Shown piece after piece: positions 10,652 through 19,550 of a stretch of DNA of 64,000 nt. The notes under the pieces are model-generated. The model made no database searches. It worked only from the letters and a program-made list of their open reading frames with translations, and was not told where the DNA came from. Origin of the DNA: an uncultured cyanobacterium (GTDB taxonomy: Bacteria > Cyanobacteriota > Cyanobacteriia > Cyanobacteriales > CAWCAG01); assembly GCA_963793425.1 (NCBI GenBank), contig CAWCAG010000006.1:1-64000 (forward strand). Direction: 5' to 3'. A program made the translations under genes and the position numbers. Numbering within the stretch: the first letter of the stretch is position 1; each line of letters begins with the position of its first letter.

Positions 10652-11524
10652 TTGGCTCCTCCTATGTCAAAACTAGTTATTCAGCGACGAAAACAGCAAT
10701 TTCTTTACTTCATTGAAGATAAAGGCGGACTGAACTTAGATATGGTACAGATACCTGCTGGTCATTTTCTCATGGGTTCGCCAGGAGATGAACTAAAACG
10801 CTTGGATCATGAAGGGCCACAGCATGAAGTAGCAGTAACTGGTTTCTTCATGGGACGTTATCCCATAACTCAAGCACAATGGCGTAGAGTAGCCCAAATG
10901 TCCAAGTTAGCTAGGGATTTAGAAGCAAATCCTTCCAGCTTTAAGGGAGATAAGCGGCCGGTTGATAATGTAAGTTGGTACGATGCTATAGAATTTTGCG
11001 CCCGCCTGTCTTACCATACTCAAAAAGACTATCTCTTACCTAGTGAAGCGGAGTGGGAATATGCTTGTAGAGCTAATACGAAAACGCCATTTCACTTTGG
11101 GGAGACTATTAATACTGACTTTGCTAATTATGATGGTAACTATGTTTACGGAAAAGGAATAAAAGGAAAGAATCAAGGAGAAACAACAAAAGTAGACCAT
11201 TTCCGAGTAGTTAATAATTTTGGTCTGAGTGATATGCACGGTAATATTTGGGAATGGTGTTTAGATCCCTGGCACGGGATCTATAAAAATGCACCAGCAA
11301 ATAGTGGGGTGTGGGATGAAGAAAATAATGATAATCATTATCAAAAAGTAGCGGATAATATTGAAGTTTTGTTAGGTGATGAGCGCACTCGTATTTTGCG
11401 CGGCGGTTCCTGGCGCTACCTTCCGGGGTTCTGTCGCTCTGCTTATCGCCTCAACCTCAATCCCGATGCTCGTAGCAACATCTTCGGTTTTCGTGTTGTC
11501 TGCGGTGCTGCGAGGACTCTTTAG
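10652..11524 (+). CDS. DGR target 2: stand-alone FGE-sulfatase/CLec protein (likely start ATG 10664)
   Basis: Same FGE motifs as target 1; the 3' end is a VR. Confidence 0.9.
   Translation: MAPPMSKLVIQRRKQQFLYFIEDKGGLNLDMVQIPAGHFLMGSPGDELKRLDHEGPQHEVAVTGFFMGRYPITQAQWRRVAQMSKLARDLEANPSSFKGDKRPVDNVSWYDAIEFCARLSYHTQKDYLLPSEAEWEYACRANTKTPFHFGETINTDFANYDGNYVYGKGIKGKNQGETTKVDHFRVVNNFGLSDMHGNIWEWCLDPWHGIYKNAPANSGVWDEENNDNHYQKVADNIEVLLGDERTRILRGGSWRYLPGFCRSAYRLNLNPDARSNIFGFRVVCGAARTL
11401..11524 (+). repeat. DGR variable region VR2 (with IMH)
   Basis: 17 mismatches at TR adenines plus one T>C (11416). Confidence 0.95.
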
Positions 11525-11596
11525 CCCTTTGCTCTCTTGCCCTTTTGCTCTTTTTAAAATTTTTTCAATGATATGATACCTTCATTGAGGTAATGC

Positions 11597-11962
11597 TGTT
11601 AACCTAAGCCCTACAGTCACCCTTCCGACTCGGCTTCAGAACGAAGCGTGGGTTGAGTCGATGGAGGGTATAATCCCTCGCACCTCTCATTTAGATCGCA
11701 GCGTGCGAGTTTCCTGGCACTGCGCTCCCGACTATCTTGAGTCTTTCCGACTTTTGCTCATGTGTATACGATGATGGCAGCTACTGTGGATTGCTAAGAG
11801 GTTTTGAGAATCCCAGTTATTGTGATTGCCATCTATATGATGTAGTTCTACTTTTTCTTCATCAAGAAATTTTAAACCGCAATGTCGACATGAATGATTT
11901 TGTTTCCTAAGAGTTCTTGCTGTGGTTCCATCGTAGAGAACGCTATTTGTTGCGGCTTGCAA
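11597..11962 (-). mobile_element. Group II intron 3' remnants (HNH tail of the intron-encoded protein, domains V/VI, plus a second DV/DVI fragment)
   Basis: ORF CRHCG...ELHHIDGNHNN...IHSSCH; minus strand GAGCGCAGTGC...CGCACGCTGCGATCT...CGACTCAAC, then CACGCTTCGTTCTGAAGCCGAG...GGTTAAC. Confidence 0.75.
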
Positions 11963-12335
11963 ACAAGATCGCTAGGACTTGCTCTCCAAGGAATTTTTCG
12001 GCTCAGATTATTTGCAAATAAGATCGTGTCTGGACTCAAAATAAATGCAAATAGGCTCAAATTATTTGCAAACAAGAAAATAGGGCTTACAAACAAGAAA
12101 ACTCGGCTCAGATTATTTGCTCTCTAAGAAAGTGCTTAATCTGCTAAAACTACCTAAGCACTATCTCTGAGAGGAAACTAATCTTAAGCGGCGATCGCAT
12201 AGCCCAAGATTTCTCTTTGCCTGTAATACCTTTGGTGAGTTTGGGTGGATTGTGCTGTGGTTATTGGACTTTAAACCGCCGCGATCGCCACCTTGTTAAC
12301 CTCATTTCGAGCCACATATAGAAGGTTGGGTCGAT

Positions 12336-12439
12336 GGGGTAAATATAGCGGTGCGATGTAGGAAGTTGAGTATAAATGAGTGGAGAAATATCTCCCAGTA
12401 GAGTCTGTCCTACTGTCCTCAAGTAAAAGAGTCACGAAC
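12336..12439 (+). repeat. Left copy of a ~104-bp inverted repeat
   Basis: Near-perfect reverse complement of 14837-14940. Confidence 0.9.
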
Positions 12440-12485
12440 CTCACGGGGTGACAAGGAAACGTTACCGATAAAGTCTACTATTTAA

Positions 12486-13793
12486 GTGGTGATTATCAGG
12501 GGAATTGACAAAATGAACAAAAAGCTTTCTCTAACAATGTTAGGCATTCTGGTAGCTAGCACCTGTGTACTACTGACTAACCAGAAGTTGTTTTCCTATG
12601 AGGGAATGAACTCAGAGAAATTCCAAGAAATTTCCCCAGACCTTTCACAAGAACTCATCACCGAAGCTTGGAAAATTATTGAGAAAGATTATATTGATCC
12701 CACTTTCAATGGACAAGATTGGAATGCTGTGCTGCAAAGAACTTTAGAGAAGGAGCGTAACTCTGATGAATCTCCATATCAGTTAATTCAAGAAATGCTT
12801 TCCTCATTAGGAGATTCTTCCACTCGATTAATACCAATGCCTTCTGAACAAATTGAAGTATTAAAAACGCAACCAGACTTAGCTATTGGTCTTCAGTTCA
12901 GATTAGATGAGCAAACCAAAAGCTACATTGTATATGAAGTTTATGATAATTCTCCAGCCTACAAAGCTGGGATTTTACCTGGAGATATCTTAGTTGATAT
13001 TGACAGAAAAGCTCTAACAGGTTTGAGTCTGAGTGAAGTTGTTTATCTTCTTCATGGTGAAGAAGGTACTCCTATGACTATCAAGGGACAGCGAGGGCAA
13101 CAAGAACTAAGGTTTGAAGTAACAAGAGAGCCGTTTGAGGTTCCGAATGTGAGCTATACAAAGCAAGATTCTAATATTGGCTCTATCGGTTACATTCGTT
13201 TGATGCGATTTCATGCCAATGCAAGTAGGGAAATGCGGGAAGCTATTGAAGAGCTAGAATCACAAAATGTTAAGGGCTATATTCTAGATTTGCGAAATAA
13301 TCAAGGAGGTTTGTTCTTCGCTAGCATTGTAATTGCTAATATGTGGATTGAAAGAGGTACTATCGTTACCACAGTCGGTCGACAGGGAATGACTGAAGAA
13401 AAGAAAGCCAACCCTAGAGTAAAAACAAGAAAACCTGTGGTTATCTTGGTTAATGGGCTTTCGTCACGTGCAAGTGAAATTTTGGCTGGAGCATTACAGG
13501 ACAATCAACGTGGTTTCCTGGTTGGAACGGAGACATATGGTGATAACTCCATTCAATCAGTACGATATCTTAAAAGTGGCTTACGACTTCTCGTAACTAC
13601 TGCAAAATGGTATACTCCGAAAGGCAAGAATGTTAATTCTTCTGGCCTCACCCCAGATAAGTACATTGCTCTAACCCAAGAACAAAAGCAGAGTTTATTT
13701 GCAGGTAAAGGTTTAATAGCCACATCAAATGACCCCCAATATACAGAAGCACTCTCTATGCTAGCAACTTTGACTACGGAAGTAGCAGATTAA
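12486..13793 (+). CDS. S41/CtpA-like PDZ protein, predicted catalytically dead (likely start 12513)
   Basis: Signal peptide, PDZ, IGYIRL, LDLRNNQGG; catalytic motifs altered (SSRASE, TYGDN). Confidence 0.85.
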   Translation: MVIIRGIDKMNKKLSLTMLGILVASTCVLLTNQKLFSYEGMNSEKFQEISPDLSQELITEAWKIIEKDYIDPTFNGQDWNAVLQRTLEKERNSDESPYQLIQEMLSSLGDSSTRLIPMPSEQIEVLKTQPDLAIGLQFRLDEQTKSYIVYEVYDNSPAYKAGILPGDILVDIDRKALTGLSLSEVVYLLHGEEGTPMTIKGQRGQQELRFEVTREPFEVPNVSYTKQDSNIGSIGYIRLMRFHANASREMREAIEELESQNVKGYILDLRNNQGGLFFASIVIANMWIERGTIVTTVGRQGMTEEKKANPRVKTRKPVVILVNGLSSRASEILAGALQDNQRGFLVGTETYGDNSIQSVRYLKSGLRLLVTTAKWYTPKGKNVNSSGLTPDKYIALTQEQKQSLFAGKGLIATSNDPQYTEALSMLATLTTEVAD

Positions 13794-13864
13794 GACAGTT
13801 TGTGTTAATCGCTTAATCGCGCCACCGAAGCTGACAGCAACGTCGTAACCAATTCGCATCATAA

Positions 13865-14781
13865 ACACGACTTGGAAGGTTGTAGAAAAAATGGGAAACT
13901 AAGAAGAGAAAAAACCGAACTTGAAAAATGCTACCTTTAGTAGGCATCCCAGCAACAGTATCAGAATATCTCAAACCCTACTCTGAAGCATTCTGTAGAG
14001 AGGCAGGATTTAAGCACGTAAGCCGTTACATAAACGGTCTACTGATGAGTAGCAATAAAACTCTACAAGGAATATATAATCAAATAGTCTGGGAAAAAGA
14101 AGAGGAAAGAACGAGCCGTCGTGCCATGCACGAAGGAATATTTGAAGCAGGGTGGAAGCATCAACAGCTCATGGAGCAACACAGAAAAGTAGTAGCTCCA
14201 GCTCACAAAGGAAAAGGAAAAGAAGTAATAGCAATCGATTGGACATTTTCGTACCATCCTTACAGCGAGAAAATATTTGGAGCCAAACCAGGGTACGATT
14301 ACGTCAATCGGTGTTGGAGTTGTTATCAAACAGTAATGACAGCAGCGATTTCTAATAGCAGGTTTTGAGTCTGCTCAGCTACGGAACTCGGAAGCGGTAA
14401 AACGCCACTTCTGCTTGAGTTGTGTAGCGCAGTCTGTACTCCAGCACGCTAGCTGTGGTGGCAGAAAATCTGAGAGGTTTAGTTTTGCTCAAAACAACAA
14501 GCAAACCATTGGGCAACGGCTCTACACTCTCTCTCAAGAGGCTTTATACAACTTACTTCAACTGTGCCAAAGCCTTCTTGAACAAGGAAAATCTACCCAC
14601 CAAATTTTGGAGGTGATCATGCCTACTTAGCCTGGTGATGGCTCTATGTCGACAGGAAAAATTAGTTACTCTTTACCTACTTGGCGTGTAATTGCCTGAC
14701 ACCGAAGGATTCCCCTGCGCCAGTCAGCTTGTTGATTTCTAGCTTCACTGCTTTCTCTCTGTGCAACCTTCCAAGTCGTGT
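13865..14781 (+). mobile_element. Internally deleted IS701-family element
   Basis: TIRs ACACGACTTGGAAGGTTG / CAACCTTCCAAGTCGTGT; transposase fragments 13928-14368 (VIAIDWT) and 14415-14630. Confidence 0.8.
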
Positions 14782-14836
14782 ACGTTTAGTGGTCTGCATT
14801 CCTTTAGTTTCATTACTTACTTCCAAAGTGACCGGA

Positions 14837-14940
14837 GTTCATGACTCTTTTACTTGAGGACAGTGGGACAGACTCTACTGGGAGATTTAACTCTACTCAT
14901 TTATACTCAACTTCCTACATCGCACCGCTATATTTACCCC
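14837..14940 (-). repeat. Right copy of the ~104-bp inverted repeat
   Basis: Reverse complement of 12336-12439. Confidence 0.9.
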
Positions 14941-15036
14941 TACTCAATCAAAAAATGATTGCTCAACTCAAACAGCCACCGATGAACACCCAAGAGTATT
15001 TAGAATTGGGATCTGCCCAGAAGCTAGAACACATAA

Positions 15037-16599
15037 TTAATCACCAGTTAACCAAGGGAAATATATACCCAAATCAATTAACTTACCCAACTCATGGCTA
15101 ACCTTTTTGTAGATAGGCATCTTAGCCGTTTTGATATGGGCATAACCTTCACCCCCTGGTAATAGCAACTTATTATCATTTTCAATGAGAATTTTCACTC
15201 CCAACTTTGGACTGTCTCCAGGATTTTCCACAACGATGACAGAATCTTTCTCCTGTACTTTCGCCTTATAACGGGAACTGCCAGTATCTTTAGGTTGAAA
15301 GGTAACAGCTTGGGTTTCCTGAACCAAATTGTGATCTTCTTGACGTACTGCAACCTTGGCTTGTAGGGATTGCAAGTCTGCTATTTCTAAGACATCTTCC
15401 CCTGCTTTGAGGCTATTATTACTAGTTAAGTCTAATTCTTGGGTAATTACGGTACCTGAAGTCTGGGCAACTAAGGTCAAGTTATTCTTCTGCCCCTCTA
15501 ATCTTGTTACCTCATCTTTCCACTGTTCTACCAACTGACTTTTACTTTTTACTTGAGCTACTGCTGCCTCAAAATCTTTTGTAGCAGTTTCTTTCTGAGC
15601 AGTTTTAATAGTTAAACCATTAAAACTGCTATACAAGTCGTCTCCTAATTCACTATCAATATCCTTACTTCGTTCCGACAGGGAGTTCATATCTTGGGAC
15701 TTGCTAGCAATTAAACTTTGGCGCTGTTTAATTTGACTTTGAGTTTGTAAAATACTTTGACGACGGTTGCTAATTTGTCGACGTTTTTGACTAATTTCGT
15801 TTCTTAATTGGCTTTTTTGCCTTTTCAACTCCATAGTATCCTCATCAAAGCGGGCTAAAGCCCCGTTCCTTACCAAACCTTCCCTAGCTTGGATACTGCT
15901 TTCTACATCGCCTAACTGTTGGTTTGAACCAGCAATTTCTATTTCTAAACCAGCAATATCTTCATAAGCCGCCGTAATTTGACTATCAATGCCAACTATC
16001 TCGCTTTGCACTCCAGTAATTTCATCTTCTATACCAGCCTTTTCATAGTCAAGTTGACGTACTTTGGGGGCGTTACCATATTGTTGTCGTTCCCTTGCTA
16101 CTTGAGAAGCTGCGATCACTTCTTCCTGTTGAGCAAGATTTAGTCTGCTTTGACTTAAGCTTAATTGATTTTGAGCTGCTGTTAGTTCTCCTTTTGCTTC
16201 TTTAAAAGAACGATGTGCTTGGGCAATTTCTTTGTCTAATTCAGGGCTATCAACTGTGGCAATTTCATCCCCTTTTTTTACTTCTTGGTTACTTTCTACC
16301 TTGACTGTAACAATACCATCAACGGGCATAGTAACACGTTGCCGAGCATAATCACGGGAAGTTATCTTTGCTTTGCCAGTTACATAATTGGGTATGGGAA
16401 TAAAAGCCATAATTCCTAGCCCTAAGCAGATACCTCCTACAATAACTAGTTTTTTCTTACCCTGATTAGGCTTAGCTGCTTCTGCAATCTGCTTATCTTG
16501 AGGTTCTTGAGGAGAAGTTTGGGGTTGTGTTTGTTTTGCTGTTTTAGGAGGAACAACACGGAACTTTGAGGTTTTTTGAGGAAAGTTTGGGTTATTCAT
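15037..16599 (-). CDS. HlyD-like membrane fusion protein
   Basis: Single N-terminal TM segment, lipoyl halves (VKKGDEIA / AQTSGTV), long coiled coil, LLPGGEGYAHI. Confidence 0.85.
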   Translation of the reverse strand: MNNPNFPQKTSKFRVVPPKTAKQTQPQTSPQEPQDKQIAEAAKPNQGKKKLVIVGGICLGLGIMAFIPIPNYVTGKAKITSRDYARQRVTMPVDGIVTVKVESNQEVKKGDEIATVDSPELDKEIAQAHRSFKEAKGELTAAQNQLSLSQSRLNLAQQEEVIAASQVARERQQYGNAPKVRQLDYEKAGIEDEITGVQSEIVGIDSQITAAYEDIAGLEIEIAGSNQQLGDVESSIQAREGLVRNGALARFDEDTMELKRQKSQLRNEISQKRRQISNRRQSILQTQSQIKQRQSLIASKSQDMNSLSERSKDIDSELGDDLYSSFNGLTIKTAQKETATKDFEAAVAQVKSKSQLVEQWKDEVTRLEGQKNNLTLVAQTSGTVITQELDLTSNNSLKAGEDVLEIADLQSLQAKVAVRQEDHNLVQETQAVTFQPKDTGSSRYKAKVQEKDSVIVVENPGDSPKLGVKILIENDNKLLLPGGEGYAHIKTAKMPIYKKVSHELGKLIDLGIYFPWLTGD

Positions 16600-16659
16600 G
16601 ATGGGTAGATGAGTAAGTAATGGTAATGGGTTTTAGTGTTACTTCTTTTCCCCATTTCC

Positions 16660-18096
16660 CTAATTCTCTAATTCCTGATTAGAGAGGCGTGGAAAGTAGA
16701 AATAAATGCCCCAAATAATCAGCAAAATAAGGGCAGTCATAGGTATGTTATTCAAGATCCAGTCTGCTAGGCGATAAAAAAGGAAGCCGAACACAAACCA
16801 AATGTAAATAAGACTAAAAGGGGCATAGGCAGCTAAAATAAGGCGATCGCGCCAGTTCTCTTGTATAGGTTTGAGGCGCAATAAGTTACCATACAAACCA
16901 AAGGCTCGGCTACGGAGATTGTTGATTCCTGTCACAGCCACAGCAAGGTAATAACCGTCAAACTTGGCTAGGGGATTCAGGTTAATGGTGACGGTGAATA
17001 AAGCCCCGGCCATCAGTAAGAAGCTACCGATGTGTAACCAAGTACCAGATAAGGAAATATGCCATAACAACAATCCCACTGCTGCTAGAGTAATTTGCAC
17101 AATTATCCCTGCACACACTACTAAAATACGTTTAAATTTAGGCAAGCAGTAGGAATCACTGGTGTTTGTATAGGCAGCAGGAAAAAGACACATAAATAGT
17201 AAACCAACTTCTGGAACTATGCCCCCGTAATGTTTAAGGGTGAAAGCATGGCCAAGTTCGTGTAAGGTTACTACTGTTAGAGAAAGTATGGCAAACCAGA
17301 AAATCAAGGATGTCCCCGACGCTGCCCACAATAGTTGTCCTTGGTAGAGTATTTCACCACGTTGATTGAATCCTACTGCTGTAGATAGCCCTAAGAAAGT
17401 GCAGAGTAAGAATGCAAAGCCAGAAGTCCAAATCCAAGGTAAGTATTTAATTGCTTTAGTTAGCCAAGCATCGGGATTAAAAAGTTTCAGCTTAAAAAAT
17501 AGTAGTTGTATTGGGTGAAACTTTCCACCTTTCTTAGGTTGGGCAGGATGAGTACCCACTAGCATTCCTGTGGCTGCTAGTATTTGAAGTAAATATTGTA
17601 ACTCCCCTGGGGTAATAGCAAACTTGTTAATAATTTCCTGGGGAGATGTTTGTCCAATTTGTGCCACTACTTCTTTGCTACGGTTGTCAAATTGTAGAAA
17701 GGTAACATCTTTCGGGTTGCGTAAAATCCAATATTCTGAGTCTGGCTGCACCCATTGCAAGCAAGGTTTGAGTTGATGTGATTGAGAAGTTTGCGTCTGT
17801 TCCAACTCCGGCTGATTATCTAGGGAAATAACTTCCAGGGCAAGCAATTTTTCTATTAGTTTGACTACTAAGTTAGGAGAAGCAGCAGTTTGAAGTCTCT
17901 TGTTACAAGTTTGTTGTACTTGAGTAACTGTAAATTTACCAACAAAGTAGCGCAAGGCATAGGCTTCAGCAGCAGATAGATGGTGTTTGATATTTCCCTC
18001 AACTGCTGTGAGAACTAATTGCTGAGAATCCTTTTCTCTGGCTAGTCTCCAGTAGGGGCGGATATCCGGACAAATATAGTTACTATAATGACTCAT
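16660..18096 (-). CDS. M50 (site-2) metallopeptidase-like membrane protein with N-terminal PqqD/RRE-like winged-helix repeats
   Basis: HELGH and NLNPLAKFDGYY motifs, several TM segments; two small soluble N-terminal domains. Confidence 0.8.
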   Translation of the reverse strand: MSHYSNYICPDIRPYWRLAREKDSQQLVLTAVEGNIKHHLSAAEAYALRYFVGKFTVTQVQQTCNKRLQTAASPNLVVKLIEKLLALEVISLDNQPELEQTQTSQSHQLKPCLQWVQPDSEYWILRNPKDVTFLQFDNRSKEVVAQIGQTSPQEIINKFAITPGELQYLLQILAATGMLVGTHPAQPKKGGKFHPIQLLFFKLKLFNPDAWLTKAIKYLPWIWTSGFAFLLCTFLGLSTAVGFNQRGEILYQGQLLWAASGTSLIFWFAILSLTVVTLHELGHAFTLKHYGGIVPEVGLLFMCLFPAAYTNTSDSYCLPKFKRILVVCAGIIVQITLAAVGLLLWHISLSGTWLHIGSFLLMAGALFTVTINLNPLAKFDGYYLAVAVTGINNLRSRAFGLYGNLLRLKPIQENWRDRLILAAYAPFSLIYIWFVFGFLFYRLADWILNNIPMTALILLIIWGIYFYFPRLSNQELEN

Positions 18097-18097
18097 C

Positions 18098-19303
18098 TCA
18101 GTTGTAGGGGCAGCCTGTTTCCAAGGTTTTATAATTAATCGAGTTGTCTAGTTGTAGGATTTCACCACAAGCTAAATTAGCTAAGCTGTGGGTAAATTGA
18201 GTTAAACCATAATCTCTAATAGTTCTTTCCCGGAGTAGATGGGGAGAAAATAGTAAAGCATTAGGATAAGTTTTTTCTAAAAGTTCTTGGAGTTTGGTAG
18301 CTATTTCGGTAACATCTTCTGGATTAACTAAACAACCTAATTCTCCTTGCTGTAAAGGATCTATAGCACCGTCTCTGTTCCCAGCCAGTACAGGTTTGCC
18401 ACAAGCGAGGGCTTCTAAATAGACAATGCCAAATCCTTCCCCTCGACTAGGTAAGGCGAAGACATCACAGAGGTTGTAATGGTCACATAGTTCTTTATCA
18501 GGGACAAATCCGGTTAAAGTTACACAATCTGTTAAGCTGAGTTGCTTTACTAAGGCTTGCACACGAGGAAGATCGTCCCCTTTACCGACTAAAAGATAAT
18601 GCAAGTTAGGTATTTGCTTACGTACCTCAACTAAAGCTTGGAGAATTTGTTCATAGCCTTTGTAGGTGGCGGAAGTACCTAAACGAGTTACGGTGAGAAT
18701 AATAGGTTGATTGGGTTCTAAACCATAACGCTTTTGTAAGTAAGTGGGTTTGGGTTGAGGTTGAAATTTAGCAGCATCGAAGGTGTTAGGTAATACAGCT
18801 ATCTGTTGGGGAGAAAGTTGCTGTTCTCTAAGTAAGCGTTTCCGGGTATATTCGCTAACGGCAACGGTTCTATCTGCGTATTTTAAGGCTGCTTGCAAAG
18901 ACGGATTTTCTAAGTTCCATCCCTCTAAACCATGAACTACTACCCAATAGGGTATTCCTGTTAATTTTTTGAGCCAATAAAGAGCGATCGCATAATTAAT
19001 ATGAGTAGTAATAACTAAAGTGGGGCGTTGTAAAATGCCTAAGATGGTGGTTTGCCAAAACAAGCAGAAACTTTGCCACCAGCGAGGTAAGTTACCTAAA
19101 CAGTGAAAGTTAGTTTGCCCTAGAAAAAAATTATCTTGAGTTACATAAGAGTCGTATTTGAGAAAGACATCATAGGCAGCCTGGGGATATAAATCCTGGA
19201 GAGTTTCTAGAAGGAAACGGGAATAAACCTGTACGCCCCCTTTGAAGTTAAAGATATTAGGGAAAAGTAGGAAAAAGTGCGCCCTTGATTTGCGTTTAAA
19301 CAT
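18098..19303 (-). CDS. GT4 glycosyltransferase
   Basis: GGVQVY, YKGYE, EGFGIVYLEALACGKPV. Confidence 0.92.
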   Translation of the reverse strand: MFKRKSRAHFFLLFPNIFNFKGGVQVYSRFLLETLQDLYPQAAYDVFLKYDSYVTQDNFFLGQTNFHCLGNLPRWWQSFCLFWQTTILGILQRPTLVITTHINYAIALYWLKKLTGIPYWVVVHGLEGWNLENPSLQAALKYADRTVAVSEYTRKRLLREQQLSPQQIAVLPNTFDAAKFQPQPKPTYLQKRYGLEPNQPIILTVTRLGTSATYKGYEQILQALVEVRKQIPNLHYLLVGKGDDLPRVQALVKQLSLTDCVTLTGFVPDKELCDHYNLCDVFALPSRGEGFGIVYLEALACGKPVLAGNRDGAIDPLQQGELGCLVNPEDVTEIATKLQELLEKTYPNALLFSPHLLRERTIRDYGLTQFTHSLANLACGEILQLDNSINYKTLETGCPYN

Positions 19304-19364
19304 GGCTGGTTAGAGAGAGAAAACAGATAGTTGTTAGATAGAGTGACTAAACTCTTCTATGGTC

Positions 19365-19393
19365 TTCTCGGTTCTAGTCATGATCTTTTATGC
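19365..19393 (-). promoter_or_regulatory. Putative alternative-sigma promoter GCATAAAA-N16-GAGAA (GT4 operon)
   Basis: Exact motif, oriented toward ATG 19303. Confidence 0.7.
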
Positions 19394-19476
19394 ACAATTG
19401 CCGATTTTGTTACAAAACTAAATTTTAGTCGAGGTTAAGAGTGAGAGATTTTGATTGTAAAGAAATGTATCACGAT

Positions 19477-19505
19477 GCGTAAATAACGACTTACCAAGTA
19501 GAGAA
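19477..19505 (+). promoter_or_regulatory. Putative promoter variant GCGTAAAT-N16-GAGAA (large S8/M23 gene)
   Basis: Same spacing with 2 mismatches, 45 nt before ATG 19551. Confidence 0.6.
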
Positions 19506-19550
19506 GAGGGTAAGACAGTAAATCTGATTTTTTCTCACCAGATAATCAAA

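Noticed and set aside
8666..11576. Alternative-frame ORFs 8666-8887, 10354-10596 and 11376-11576 with similar sequences
   Set aside because: Shadow frames of VR1, TR and VR2
11990..12125. Three GGCTCA(G/A)ATTATTTGC repeats as a CRISPR-like array
   Set aside because: Short, with internally repetitive spacers; more like IS/MITE end debris
12336..14940. Tn3-family transposon (ends start with GGGG)
   Set aside because: No 5-bp target duplication, transposase or resolvase; family left unassigned
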